Source of the DNA: an uncultured delta proteobacterium
GTDB taxonomy: Bacteria; Myxococcota_A; UBA9160; SZUA-336
Assembly (NCBI GenBank): GCA_963704165.1
Contig: CAVPHD010000003.1
Location: 352,001 to 416,000, forward strand
Length of the DNA: 64,000 nucleotides
Direction: 5' to 3'
In this document: piece after piece, positions 55,443 through 64,000 of the stretch
Position numbering within the stretch: the first letter of the stretch is position 1
Layout: each line of letters begins with the position of its first letter
The notes under the pieces: generated by a model
Told to the model about the DNA's origin: nothing
The model's database searches: none
What the model saw: the letters and a program-made list of their open reading frames with translations, nothing else
Position numbers and translations under genes: made by a program

Positions 55443-57897
55443 ATGAGCCCGAGCGCCGGCACTCCGCGGTACACGTTGCCCTTCTCGGACATCGGCATCG
55501 ACGACGTCCCGCGCGTCGGCGGCAAGAGCGCATCGCTCGGAGAGATGATCCGCGAGCTTTCGGCGCGCGGCGTGCGCGTACCCGATGGCTTCGCGCTCAC
55601 CGCCAATGCGTTCCGGCTGCACCTGGCACGCGCGGGAATCGAGGACGAGATCTACGGCGCGCTCGCGGCGCTCGACGTCGAAGACACGCGCGCGCTCGAA
55701 CGAACGGGAGCCGACCTGAGAACCCGGGTGCGCTCGGCTCCGCTGCCGGATGAAGTCGCGGCCGAGCTTCGGTCCGCTTACACGGACCTGTGTCGATCGG
55801 CCGGCGTGGACGCGGGCGCCTCGACCGGCGCCGACGTCGCGGTCCGCTCGAGCGCCACGGCCGAAGACCTGCCGACCGCCTCCTTCGCCGGACAACAGGA
55901 GACGTACCTGAACATCCGGGGGTTCGCGGCCCTCGACGCGGCCGTGCGCGCGTGCATGGCGTCGCTTTTCACCGACCGGGCCATCGTCTACCGCAGGCAC
56001 GCCGGATTCGAGCACCGTTCGGTTGCGCTCTCGGTCGGCGTCCAGCGGATGGTGCGGTCCGATCGCGCCTGCGCCGGAACGATGTTCACGCTCGACACCG
56101 AGAGCGGCGCGCGTTCCGTGGTGATCATCGACGGCGCCTGGGGTCTCGGCGAGACGGTCGTGCAGGGCCGCGTCAACCCGGACGAGTTCTGGGTGCACAA
56201 GGCGACGGCCCGCGCCGGACATCGCTCGATCGTGCGGCGGCAGATCGGCGAGAAGGCCGTGAAGCTGGTCTACGCGGACCCGAGCGGCGCGGGAGCGGCG
56301 GGCTCGCGCTCGGTGCGCGAGGTGCGCGTCCCGGCGGAAGACCGCGCCCGCCCCGTGCTCGGCGACGACGAGGTTCTCGAGCTTTCGCGCTGGGCCATGA
56401 TCATCGAGGAGCACTACTCCACGCGCGCGGGCCAGGACACGCCGATGGACATCGAGTGGGCCAAGGACGGCGACACCGGCGAGCTCTTCATCGTTCAGGC
56501 GCGTCCGGAGACCGTGCACAGCCAGCGATCGGCGCCCGGTGATCGAGATGTACCGGATCGAGAGCGCGGGGACGCCCACTCGTGACCGGCAAGAGCGTCG
56601 GAAGCAAGATCGCGAGCGGCGCGGTGAAGGTCGTGCGCTCGAGCGCGGATCTTCACGACTTCCCCCGGGCGAGCGTGCTCGTCGCGCCGATGACCGACCC
56701 CGACTGGGAGCCGGTCCTCGCGCGCGCCGCCGCCGTCGTCACCGACCAGGGCGGACGAACCTGCCACGCCGCGATCGTCTCGCGCGAGCTCGGACTGCCG
56801 TGCGTCGTCGGCCCGGCGTGGCTACGGAGGTTCTGTCCGACGGTCAGCGAGGTGACGGTCTCGTGCGCCGAGGGCGACGTCGGCCGGATCTACGACGGAC
56901 GCGTCGCCTTCGAGAAGCGACGAGATCGACCCGACGTCGCTGCCCGACGCCGCGCGTCCCGCTGATGTTCAACCTCGCCAACCCCGAGCGCGCGTTCCAG
57001 CTCGCGCCAGCTGCCCGGCGTCGGGCGTCGGCCTGATGCGCATCGAGTTCCTGGTCTCGAACTGGATCGGCGTGCACCCGATGGCGCTCGTTCACCCCGA
57101 GCGGGTCGCCGACCCGAAGGAGCGCGCCGAGATCCGCCGCCGGGCCGCCGGGCACGCCTCGCTCCCGGAGTTCTTCGTCGCGCGCCTCGCCGAGGGCGTG
57201 GCGCAGATCGGCGCGGCGTTCCACCCGCGACCGGTGATCGTCCGCTTCAGCGACTTCAAGACCAACGAGTACGCGGGGCTCCTGGGCGGCGCGGCGTTCG
57301 AGCCGGAGGAAGCGAATCCGATGATCGGCTTCCGCGGCGCCTCGCGCTACTACGACGAGCGCTACCGCGAGGGCTTCGCACTCGAATGCGCGGCGATCCG
57401 CCGCGTTCGCGACGAGATGGGACTGATCCAACGTGATGGTGATGATCCCCTTCTGTCGCACGCTCGGCGAAGGTCGCGCGCGTGCTGGCCGAGATGGCGA
57501 AGCACGGCCTGTCGCGCGGCGACGACGGGCTGGAGGTCTACGTCATGTGCGAGATCCCCAACAACGTGATCCTCGCCGAGGAGTTCAGCGATCTCTTCGA
57601 CGGCTTCTCGATCGGATCCAACGACCTGACGCAGCTGACGCTCGGCGTCGACCGCGACTCCGAGCTGCTGACGCACCTCTTCGACGAGCGCGACCCCGGG
57701 GTCAAGCGGATGATCGAGACCGTCGTCGGAAGCCGCTCACCGCAAGGGCCGGCAAGGTCGGCATCTGCGGCGAGGCGCCGAGCAACTACCCGGACTTCGC
57801 CGCGTGGCTCGTGGAGATCGGCATCGACTCGATGTCGCTCAACCCCGACGCGCTCCTGGGAGTCGCCAAGAGGATCGCGCGGAACGGACCGGGCTGA
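55443..57897 (+). CDS. ppsA: Phosphoenolpyruvate synthase, multiple frameshifts in 56.5-57.75 kb
   Basis: [91 protein letters not shown] across successive frames. Confidence 0.92.
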
Positions 57898-57907
57898 CCC
57901 GAGTCGG

Positions 57908-58510
57908 CTAGACCCGCTCGGAGGCCTTCTCGACGTAGAAGCGCACCAGTTCGAAGCGGTCGTTGCCCCAGAACATCTCGTCGCCGACGAAGAGGGTCGG
58001 CACGCCGAAGACGCCGCGTTCGATCGCGGTCTCCGTGTCGCGCGAGAGGCGCGCTTCGAGCTCGGGGGTGCGCGCGCGCGCGAGGACGGTGTCAGGGTCG
58101 AGACCCGCGCTCGCGATCAGCTCTTCGAGCACGGACTCCTGCGACAGGTCCCGGGCGCGCGCCCAGCGGGCGCGATAGGTCGGGTAGTGAAACTCGCGGA
58201 ACTTGCCGAGATCCTTCGCGACCAGTGCACAGCGCAGCGCGAGCGAAGTGTCGGTCTTGCGCAGGGCGCGCGCGTCAGGAGAGATCTCGGCGCCGATCGC
58301 TTCGGCCCAGTGCCGGATGTCGTTCGTGTAGTTCGCCTGCTTTCGCGGGCCGAGCTCGGGCGGCTTGCCGACACCCGGCTCGACCAGGCGGCGCAGGTAC
58401 ACGGGCCGGAACTCGATCTCGACGCCGAGGTCCCGGAAGTACGCCTCGGCACGACAGCTGCCGAGATAGGCCCACGGACACGCGTAGTCGAAGTAGAGAG
58501 ATAGCTCCAT
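57908..58510 (-). CDS. DsbA-family/2-hydroxychromene-2-carboxylate isomerase-like protein
   Basis: [28 protein letters not shown]. Confidence 0.88.
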   Translation of the reverse strand: MELSLYFDYACPWAYLGSCRAEAYFRDLGVEIEFRPVYLRRLVEPGVGKPPELGPRKQANYTNDIRHWAEAIGAEISPDARALRKTDTSLALRCALVAKDLGKFREFHYPTYRARWARARDLSQESVLEELIASAGLDPDTVLARARTPELEARLSRDTETAIERGVFGVPTLFVGDEMFWGNDRFELVRFYVEKASERV

Positions 58511-58536
58511 GGCTTGCAGCGTATCATGCGCCGCGA

Positions 58537-59646
58537 ATGCAACTCGACTTCTCCGAGCTCGAGCGCGAGATGGCGCGCCAGATCGAATCGGGCCTGCGTC
58601 CCTCGATCCAGATCGCGGTGGACGTCCGCGGCGAGCTCGTCTTCGAGCGCGCGATCGGCGAGGGCGCGAGCGTCGATTCGACCTACGTGCTCTGGAGCTC
58701 GACCAAGCCGATCGTCGCGGTCGCGCTGCTCTCGCTCGTCGAGGAAGGCCGCGCCGCGCTCGACGACCGCGTCTCGAAGCACATCCCCGAGTTCGGGCAA
58801 CGCGGCAAGGAGCGCTGCACGATCCTGCACCTGCTGACGCATCGCGGTGGCTTCCCCGACTCGGTACCCGAGACGCGTCGGGCCTTGTTTCGCATCGCGC
58901 GCGACTGGGAAGCGAGCCTCGCATTCGTCTGCGAGATGGAAGCGCTTTGGGAGCCGGGCACCGACCGCGGCTACCACCCGCTCTCGGCCTGGTTCATCGC
59001 CGGCGAGCTGGTCCAGCGGCTCGATGGACGACCGCTCGGGGACGCGGTCTTCGCGCGCGTGCTCGAGCCGCTCGGCGTGCCACGCGACGGCTTTTCGCTG
59101 GGCCGGCCGCAGGACCTGGCCGCCGCACCGATGACGGTTCGCACGCGCGGTTCGAAGGGCGCGCCGACCGAGGGCGAGGCCGCGTACTGGAGCGATTCGC
59201 GCACCCACGCGGCGGTGATTCCGGGCGCGGGCGGGATCGCGCGCGCGCGCACGCTCACCGCGTTCTACCGGGCGCTACTCGACGGGGGGCGCGGAAGGAA
59301 CGGCCGGATCCTCTCGGCCGAGATGGTCCGCACCGCCACGTTCCCCCACGTCGTCGGCACGCGCGACCGCACGATGCTTCGCGACATGCCCTGGGGCCTC
59401 GGCATGCACCTGAAGCACGTGCTGCCGTCGGTCGACGACTGCGGGCGGCGCGCGACGCCGGGCACCTTCGGTCACGGCGGGCACTTCCTGGTCAACACCG
59501 GCTGGGGCGATCCGGGCCGCGACGTCGCGGCCGCGATCCTCTCCAACGGCCTCGCCGAATCGATGTCGGGAATGCGCGCGGTCTGCGCGCTCTCGGACGC
59601 GATCCACGTCGCCGTCGATCGGGCGACGGGGGCAGCTCGCAGCTAG
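58537..59646 (+). CDS. Serine hydrolase (EstA-like, beta-lactamase fold)
   Basis: WSSTKP, LLTHRGG, WEPGTDRGYH, FGHGG. Confidence 0.9.
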   Translation: MQLDFSELEREMARQIESGLRPSIQIAVDVRGELVFERAIGEGASVDSTYVLWSSTKPIVAVALLSLVEEGRAALDDRVSKHIPEFGQRGKERCTILHLLTHRGGFPDSVPETRRALFRIARDWEASLAFVCEMEALWEPGTDRGYHPLSAWFIAGELVQRLDGRPLGDAVFARVLEPLGVPRDGFSLGRPQDLAAAPMTVRTRGSKGAPTEGEAAYWSDSRTHAAVIPGAGGIARARTLTAFYRALLDGGRGRNGRILSAEMVRTATFPHVVGTRDRTMLRDMPWGLGMHLKHVLPSVDDCGRRATPGTFGHGGHFLVNTGWGDPGRDVAAAILSNGLAESMSGMRAVCALSDAIHVAVDRATGAARS

Positions 59647-59655
59647 AATGCGGAA

Positions 59656-60213
59656 ATGCGGACGAGCGAGATCGCACCGGGACTTCTCTTGGCGATGCCG
59701 CAGCTCGACGATCCGAACTTCGCGCGCGCGGTCGTGTTGATGATCCAGCACAACGACGAGGGATCGTTCGGCATCGTCCTGAACCGGCCGAGCGAGACGC
59801 CGGTGATCGAGGTGATGTCGCCGCTCGGCCTGCGCTGGCGCGGCGATCCGGAAGCCGTGCTCTGGGTTGGCGGTCCGGTCGCACCGGAATCCGGCTGGCT
59901 CCTGCACGAGCCGAGCGCCGCGGTCTCGGGCGAGGGCACCGTGGACGTGGCCGACGGGATCGCGCTCTCGACCGCACCCGAGCACTTCCGCACGCTGGTC
60001 GAGAAGCCGCCGCGAAGGCTGCGTTTCTTCGCAGGCTACGCGGGCTGGGGTGCGCAACAGCTCGAGAGCGAGCTCGCGCAGGGTGCGTGGCTCACCGCCG
60101 ACGTCACGCCCGCGCTGATCTTCGACACGCCCGCGGAGAAGATGTGGGACTCGGCGCTGCGCTCGCTCGGCATCGACCCGAGCTCGCTCGTCCCCGGCGT
60201 CGGCGTGCACTGA
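59656..60213 (+). CDS. YqgE/AlgH family protein
   Basis: LLAMPQLDDPNFARAV, GIVLNRP, GGPV, GYAGWGAQQLESE. Confidence 0.93.
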   Translation: MRTSEIAPGLLLAMPQLDDPNFARAVVLMIQHNDEGSFGIVLNRPSETPVIEVMSPLGLRWRGDPEAVLWVGGPVAPESGWLLHEPSAAVSGEGTVDVADGIALSTAPEHFRTLVEKPPRRLRFFAGYAGWGAQQLESELAQGAWLTADVTPALIFDTPAEKMWDSALRSLGIDPSSLVPGVGVH

Positions 60214-60229
60214 CGCGCGCTTCTCGAGC

Positions 60230-61123
60230 TCAAGCGAGCAGCCGCTTCAAGGCTTGCTCGATCTCGCGGTCGCCGAAGACGTAGCCGCTGCGTTCGAGCT
60301 TGCAGGACGACACCCGCGCGCCGCCGAGCAGGAGCTCGTCGGCGGCCTTGCCGAGCGCGAGCCGCAGGACCGAGGCCGGAACGCGCAGGAGGGCGGGAAG
60401 GCCGAGCGCGCGCGCGATCGCCTGGGTGAACTCGGAGTTCGTGACCGGGGCCGGCGCGACCGCATTCACGGGTCCGGAGACCGTGGGTGACAAGGCGCAG
60501 TGTCGGAGCACGCCGACCACGTCGTCGAGCGTGATCCAGGAAACGTACTGCGAGCCGCTGCCGAGCCTTCCGCCTAGACCGAAGCGAAAGGGCACGAGCA
60601 TCGCCCGGAGTGCGCCGCCGGACGGATCGAGCACGACGCCGATGCGGACGTTCACCACGCGAAGACCCGCTTCGCGCGCGGCGGCGCAGGCGCGCTCCCA
60701 CTCCACGCAGACCTCGGGGAGGAAGCCGTGGCCGGGGCGGCTCGTCTCGTCGAGCCACTCGCCGCCGCGATCACCGTAGTAGCCGATCGCCGAGGCGGCC
60801 ACGAGCGCGGGCTTCGACGCGAGCCGCGCGAGCGTCGATGCGACCAGCCGCGTGGTCACGGTCCGGCTCTCGAGAATCCTGCGCTTGCGCGCGGGCGACC
60901 ACCTTCCCGACGCAATGCTCTCCCCCGACAGGTGCACCAGGGCGTCGGTCCCCTCGAGCGCGGCGGGATCGAGCTGGCTGCGCGCGGGATCCCAGAGCAC
61001 TTCGTCCGGACCCGCGGGCGCGCGGCGCACGAGCCGGACGACCTCGTGCCCGTCGGCGCGCAGAACCTCGCAGAGCCGCCGGCCGACCAGGCCCGACGCG
61101 CCGGTGATCGCGATCCTCGCCAC
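60230..61123 (-). CDS. TIGR01777 family NAD-dependent epimerase-like oxidoreductase
   Basis: ITGASGLVG, ASAIGYYGDRG, FLPEVCVEWE, GLGGRLGSGSQYVSWI, GPVNAVAP. Confidence 0.92.
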   Translation of the reverse strand: MARIAITGASGLVGRRLCEVLRADGHEVVRLVRRAPAGPDEVLWDPARSQLDPAALEGTDALVHLSGESIASGRWSPARKRRILESRTVTTRLVASTLARLASKPALVAASAIGYYGDRGGEWLDETSRPGHGFLPEVCVEWERACAAAREAGLRVVNVRIGVVLDPSGGALRAMLVPFRFGLGGRLGSGSQYVSWITLDDVVGVLRHCALSPTVSGPVNAVAPAPVTNSEFTQAIARALGLPALLRVPASVLRLALGKAADELLLGGARVSSCKLERSGYVFGDREIEQALKRLLA

Positions 61124-61175
61124 GTCGGGTCCTCCTCGACGCGGTAGAATGGCGAAAATCTCCGGAGGAATCCCG

Positions 61176-62141
61176 ATGAAGAGCTTCGCTGGCAAACTTG
61201 CGGTGATCACGGGCGGTGCCAGTGGCATGGGCCGCGAGCTCGCGATCGCCCTCGCGAGCGAGGGCTGCCACGTCGCGCTCTGTGACGTCTCCGAGGAGCC
61301 GATGGCGCAGACGAAGGCGCTCGCGCTCGCGCAGGCACCGACGGGGGTGCGCGTGACCACGCACCTCGCGGACGTCTCCGAGGAGCGGCAGGTGACCGCG
61401 TTCCGCGCCGAGGTGGCTTCCGCACACCAGTCGAAGCAGATCGACCTGCTCTTCAACAACGCGGGCATCGGCGGCGGTGGCAGCTTCGTCCTCGACGACC
61501 GCGAGGAATGGGACAAGACCTTCGGCGTGTGCTGGAACGGCGTGTACTTCTGCACGCGCGCGTTCATGCCCATGCTGCTCGCGAGCCGCGACGCCCATCT
61601 GATCAACACCAGCAGCGTGAACGGTTTCTGGGCATCGCTCGGCCCGCGCTCGGCGCACACCGCGTACAGCGCGGCCAAGTTCGCCGTCAAGGGATTCACC
61701 GAAGCACTCGTCAACGACCTCCGCAACAACGCCCCACACGTGAAGGTGTCGCTCGTGATGCCCGGCCACATCGGCACCGGCATCGTGATCAACTCGAACC
61801 GGATTCTCGGACGCGACCCGAAGGAGATGACCGACGCGCAGCTCGAAGAGGCACGCGAGCGGATCGAGCGGATGGGCTATCCGCTCGGCGAGGCATCGAA
61901 CGAGCAGCTCCGACAGGGCTTGCAGATGATCGGCGAGACCTTCCGCGACGGCGCACCGATGACGGCCGCCGCGGCCGCGAAGGTGATCCTCGACGGCGTG
62001 CGCGAGGAGCGCTGGCGGATCCTGGTCGGGGACGACGCGGCCGTGCTCGATCGGCTCGTCCGCGAGACGCCGGAAGAGGCCTACGAGGAGACCTTCATGG
62101 AGCGACTGCGGACGCAGACGCCCTGGGCGCTCGGGCAATAG
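61176..62141 (+). CDS. Short-chain dehydrogenase/reductase
   Basis: ITGGASGMG, FNNAG, YSAAK (YxxxK). Confidence 0.92.
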   Translation: MKSFAGKLAVITGGASGMGRELAIALASEGCHVALCDVSEEPMAQTKALALAQAPTGVRVTTHLADVSEERQVTAFRAEVASAHQSKQIDLLFNNAGIGGGGSFVLDDREEWDKTFGVCWNGVYFCTRAFMPMLLASRDAHLINTSSVNGFWASLGPRSAHTAYSAAKFAVKGFTEALVNDLRNNAPHVKVSLVMPGHIGTGIVINSNRILGRDPKEMTDAQLEEARERIERMGYPLGEASNEQLRQGLQMIGETFRDGAPMTAAAAAKVILDGVREERWRILVGDDAAVLDRLVRETPEEAYEETFMERLRTQTPWALGQ

Positions 62142-62205
62142 CCGGGACCCCGGCCCCTCCGAACGAACAGAGCGGAATCGCACTTCGATCGTGACCTTCG
62201 GTCCA

Positions 62206-62982
62206 ATGCGTGTTATTGCATCGCGCGTGGCAACACATGTGCCTCGTACGCGGGTCTACCTGACCGTGCTCACCGTCCTGTCGGTTCTGTTCGTGGCGGG
62301 GACCGGCCGGTCCGAAGGCGAGATGCCCGCGGTCAGCCTCGCTCCCCAGCCGGCCTCCTATCTCGTGAAGCCCCCGGCTCCGGTGATTCCCGTTCGGGAG
62401 CGCGAAGTCTGGTTCCGCGACGCATGGAACGTGCGCATCAACGCCGGCTACGCGACGGACGACAGCCTGGGGAACATCCTGGGCGGAGGCGTCGAGGTCG
62501 ACAGCGGCAACCAGAGCCTGATCGGAATCGACTTCGGGCGCCCGCTGGTCGACGACTGGCGGGATTGGCCGATCGACTTCGCCTGGCGGCTCGGCTTGCA
62601 GCGCTATCTCGACAGCGGCGCGGGTGCGAGCGGCTTCGCCCAGACCGCCTATCTCAAGATGTACTGGCGGCCGTTTCCATGGGAGCGGATGGTCAGCACG
62701 CGTATCGGCGTCGGCGAGGGCATCTCCTACGCATGGCGCGTGCCCGAGGTGGAGCGCGAGTACGCTCGGCGTCACGACGACGAGACCTCGCGGCTCATGA
62801 ACTACCTGGACGTGAGCGTCGATGTGAACATCGGCGACGTGATCCGCAACGAGAAGGCACGCGCGTGCACACTGGGACTCGTCATCTCGCATCGATCGGG
62901 CGTATTCGGCCTGGTCGACATCTTCGGGAACGTCAACAACGGCTCGAACTACAACACCGCAGCAGTCGAGTGCGGCTTCTAG
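62206..62982 (+). CDS. Putative small outer-membrane beta-barrel protein (start uncertain)
   Basis: Signal-like N-terminus, alternating beta strands, GEGISYA, LMNYLD, HRSGVFG, C-terminal Phe. Confidence 0.6.
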   Translation: MRVIASRVATHVPRTRVYLTVLTVLSVLFVAGTGRSEGEMPAVSLAPQPASYLVKPPAPVIPVREREVWFRDAWNVRINAGYATDDSLGNILGGGVEVDSGNQSLIGIDFGRPLVDDWRDWPIDFAWRLGLQRYLDSGAGASGFAQTAYLKMYWRPFPWERMVSTRIGVGEGISYAWRVPEVEREYARRHDDETSRLMNYLDVSVDVNIGDVIRNEKARACTLGLVISHRSGVFGLVDIFGNVNNGSNYNTAAVECGF

Positions 62983-63308
62983 CGCCTCGCCTGCTCCTGG
63001 TTCTCGCGCTGGTCACCACCACCGCGTGCTCGTCGGGCTGGATCGACCTGAGTCCGATCCCACGGCCCGGTTACGTGAAGCTCGGTCCCGCCGAAGGAGA
63101 GGGGTGCGCGACGTACCTCCTCGCGCTGCCCTGGCATCAGTTTCTCGGCCTGGGCGTGAACGATCGACTCGTGCGCGCACGCGAGGCGGCGATCGCGAGC
63201 GTCCCCGATGCGACGGGGTTGGTCGGCGTGACGCTCCAGGAGCGGTGGTTCTACTGGGGTCTGTTCAGCCGCCGTTGCGCAATCGTGCGCGGCGAGGCGA
63301 TCCGATGA
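62970..63308 (+). CDS. Small lipoprotein (TRL-like)
   Basis: Lipobox-like TTAC; GPAEGEGC..C pair; AREAAI..GL. Confidence 0.6.
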   Translation: MRLLAPRLLLVLALVTTTACSSGWIDLSPIPRPGYVKLGPAEGEGCATYLLALPWHQFLGLGVNDRLVRAREAAIASVPDATGLVGVTLQERWFYWGLFSRRCAIVRGEAIR

Positions 63309-63700
63309 GCGCGCGGCTCGTACGCGGCTCGTCGCTCGCGCTGCTCGCGTGGCTCCTGGCGGCGTGCGCGGGAACACCGGCGATGCTCGGCCCGCGCGAG
63401 CCCATCGTCTACGACCCGAACGATCGCATCGATTACTCCGCGACCGAGTGTGGCGCGCAGGTGATGATCCTCCTCCCGATCCAGACCAACGATCGGCTCC
63501 CGCGCGCGATGGCGCTGATCGAGAAGCGCGCCGGAGATCGCTACATCGCGAGTGTCCGCGTGCGGGAGCGCTGGACCTATCTCGTCTTCGGCGAGATCAT
63601 GTGCACCGACGTCGTCGCGGCGACCTTCGGCCGACCGAACGCCGCCGACCCCTCGCCGGCGGCGGACGCGCACCCCGCGGATTCCTCGCCGGCGAAGTGA
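63305..63700 (+). CDS. Small lipoprotein related to the preceding gene
   Basis: Lipobox LAAC; shares NDRL.RA and ERW.Y..C with 62970..63308; ATGA overlap. Confidence 0.65.
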   Translation: MSARLVRGSSLALLAWLLAACAGTPAMLGPREPIVYDPNDRIDYSATECGAQVMILLPIQTNDRLPRAMALIEKRAGDRYIASVRVRERWTYLVFGEIMCTDVVAATFGRPNAADPSPAADAHPADSSPAK

Positions 63701-63714
63701 GCTAGATTCCGGCG

Positions 63715-64000
63715 ATGGCGAAGACCTACCCCGAGATCGGCGACCGGCTTCGCGAGTTCATCGCCCGGCAGCACATGTTCTTCGTCGCCAGCGCGCCGAA
63801 CGGCCCGGACGGGCACGTGAACTGCTCGCCGAAGGGACTCGACACCTTCCGGATTCTCGGTCCGAACCGAGTGGCGTACCTCGACTTCGTCGGCAGCGGC
63901 GCCGAGACGATCGCGCACGTCCGACAGAACGGGCGTGTCGTGATCATGTTCTGTGCATTCGAGGGCCCGCCGAACATCGTTCGACTGCACGGACGCGGAG
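63715..64000 (+). CDS. Pyridoxamine 5'-phosphate oxidase family protein (3' truncated by window)
   Basis: FIARQHMFFVASAP..GHVNCSPKG..AYLD..GSGAET..ENG-like QNGRVVIMFCAFEGPP. Confidence 0.85.
   Translation, partial: MAKTYPEIGDRLREFIARQHMFFVASAPNGPDGHVNCSPKGLDTFRILGPNRVAYLDFVGSGAETIAHVRQNGRVVIMFCAFEGPPNIVRLHGRG

Noticed and set aside
53490..56579. 1029-aa minus-strand ORF and similar long antisense ORFs (e.g. 23365..25272, 30748..32775)
   Set aside because: They mirror well-supported genes on the other strand and show no motifs; explained by stop-codon scarcity at high GC.
1..64000. CRISPR arrays, tRNA/rRNA genes, IS elements, integrases or phage genes
   Set aside because: I saw no spaced repeats, cloverleaf or rRNA signatures, or transposase/integrase motifs. 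Almost all sequence is accounted for by CDS.

Overview
High-GC, gene-dense genomic window from a bacterium that appears to be a diderm (TonB receptor, PEP-CTERM and LolA-like proteins, lipoproteins). A Myxococcota/Deltaproteobacteria-like origin is my inference only. About 50 CDS, mostly lipid/aromatic catabolism and housekeeping genes. The centrepiece (19.2-32.7 kb) is a complete, tightly coupled enediyne-type PKS cassette: E3 (DUF1702), E4 (UnbV), E5 (UnbU), PKSE (KS-AT-ACP-KR-DH-PPTase) and the E10 thioesterase. The same operon continues into an MMPL transporter fused to a LolA-like domain. Two tandem secreted paralogs with a C-terminal sorting-type tail lie just upstream. I recognise no enediyne tailoring or resistance genes nearby, so this may be a polyene/polyyne lipid synthesis-and-export system rather than a classical enediyne antibiotic cluster. 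Other notable items are a hidden Fe/Mn-SOD pseudogene, a glpD/alkyl-DHAP-synthase-like/kinase operon, an orphan pntAA and a multidomain aspzincin protease. Several genes (BVMO, Coq4-like, PKSE, ppsA) carry clustered indels that look like sequencing errors. I saw no rRNA, tRNA, CRISPR array or mobile element. All family calls are from motif recognition by eye, without database searches.
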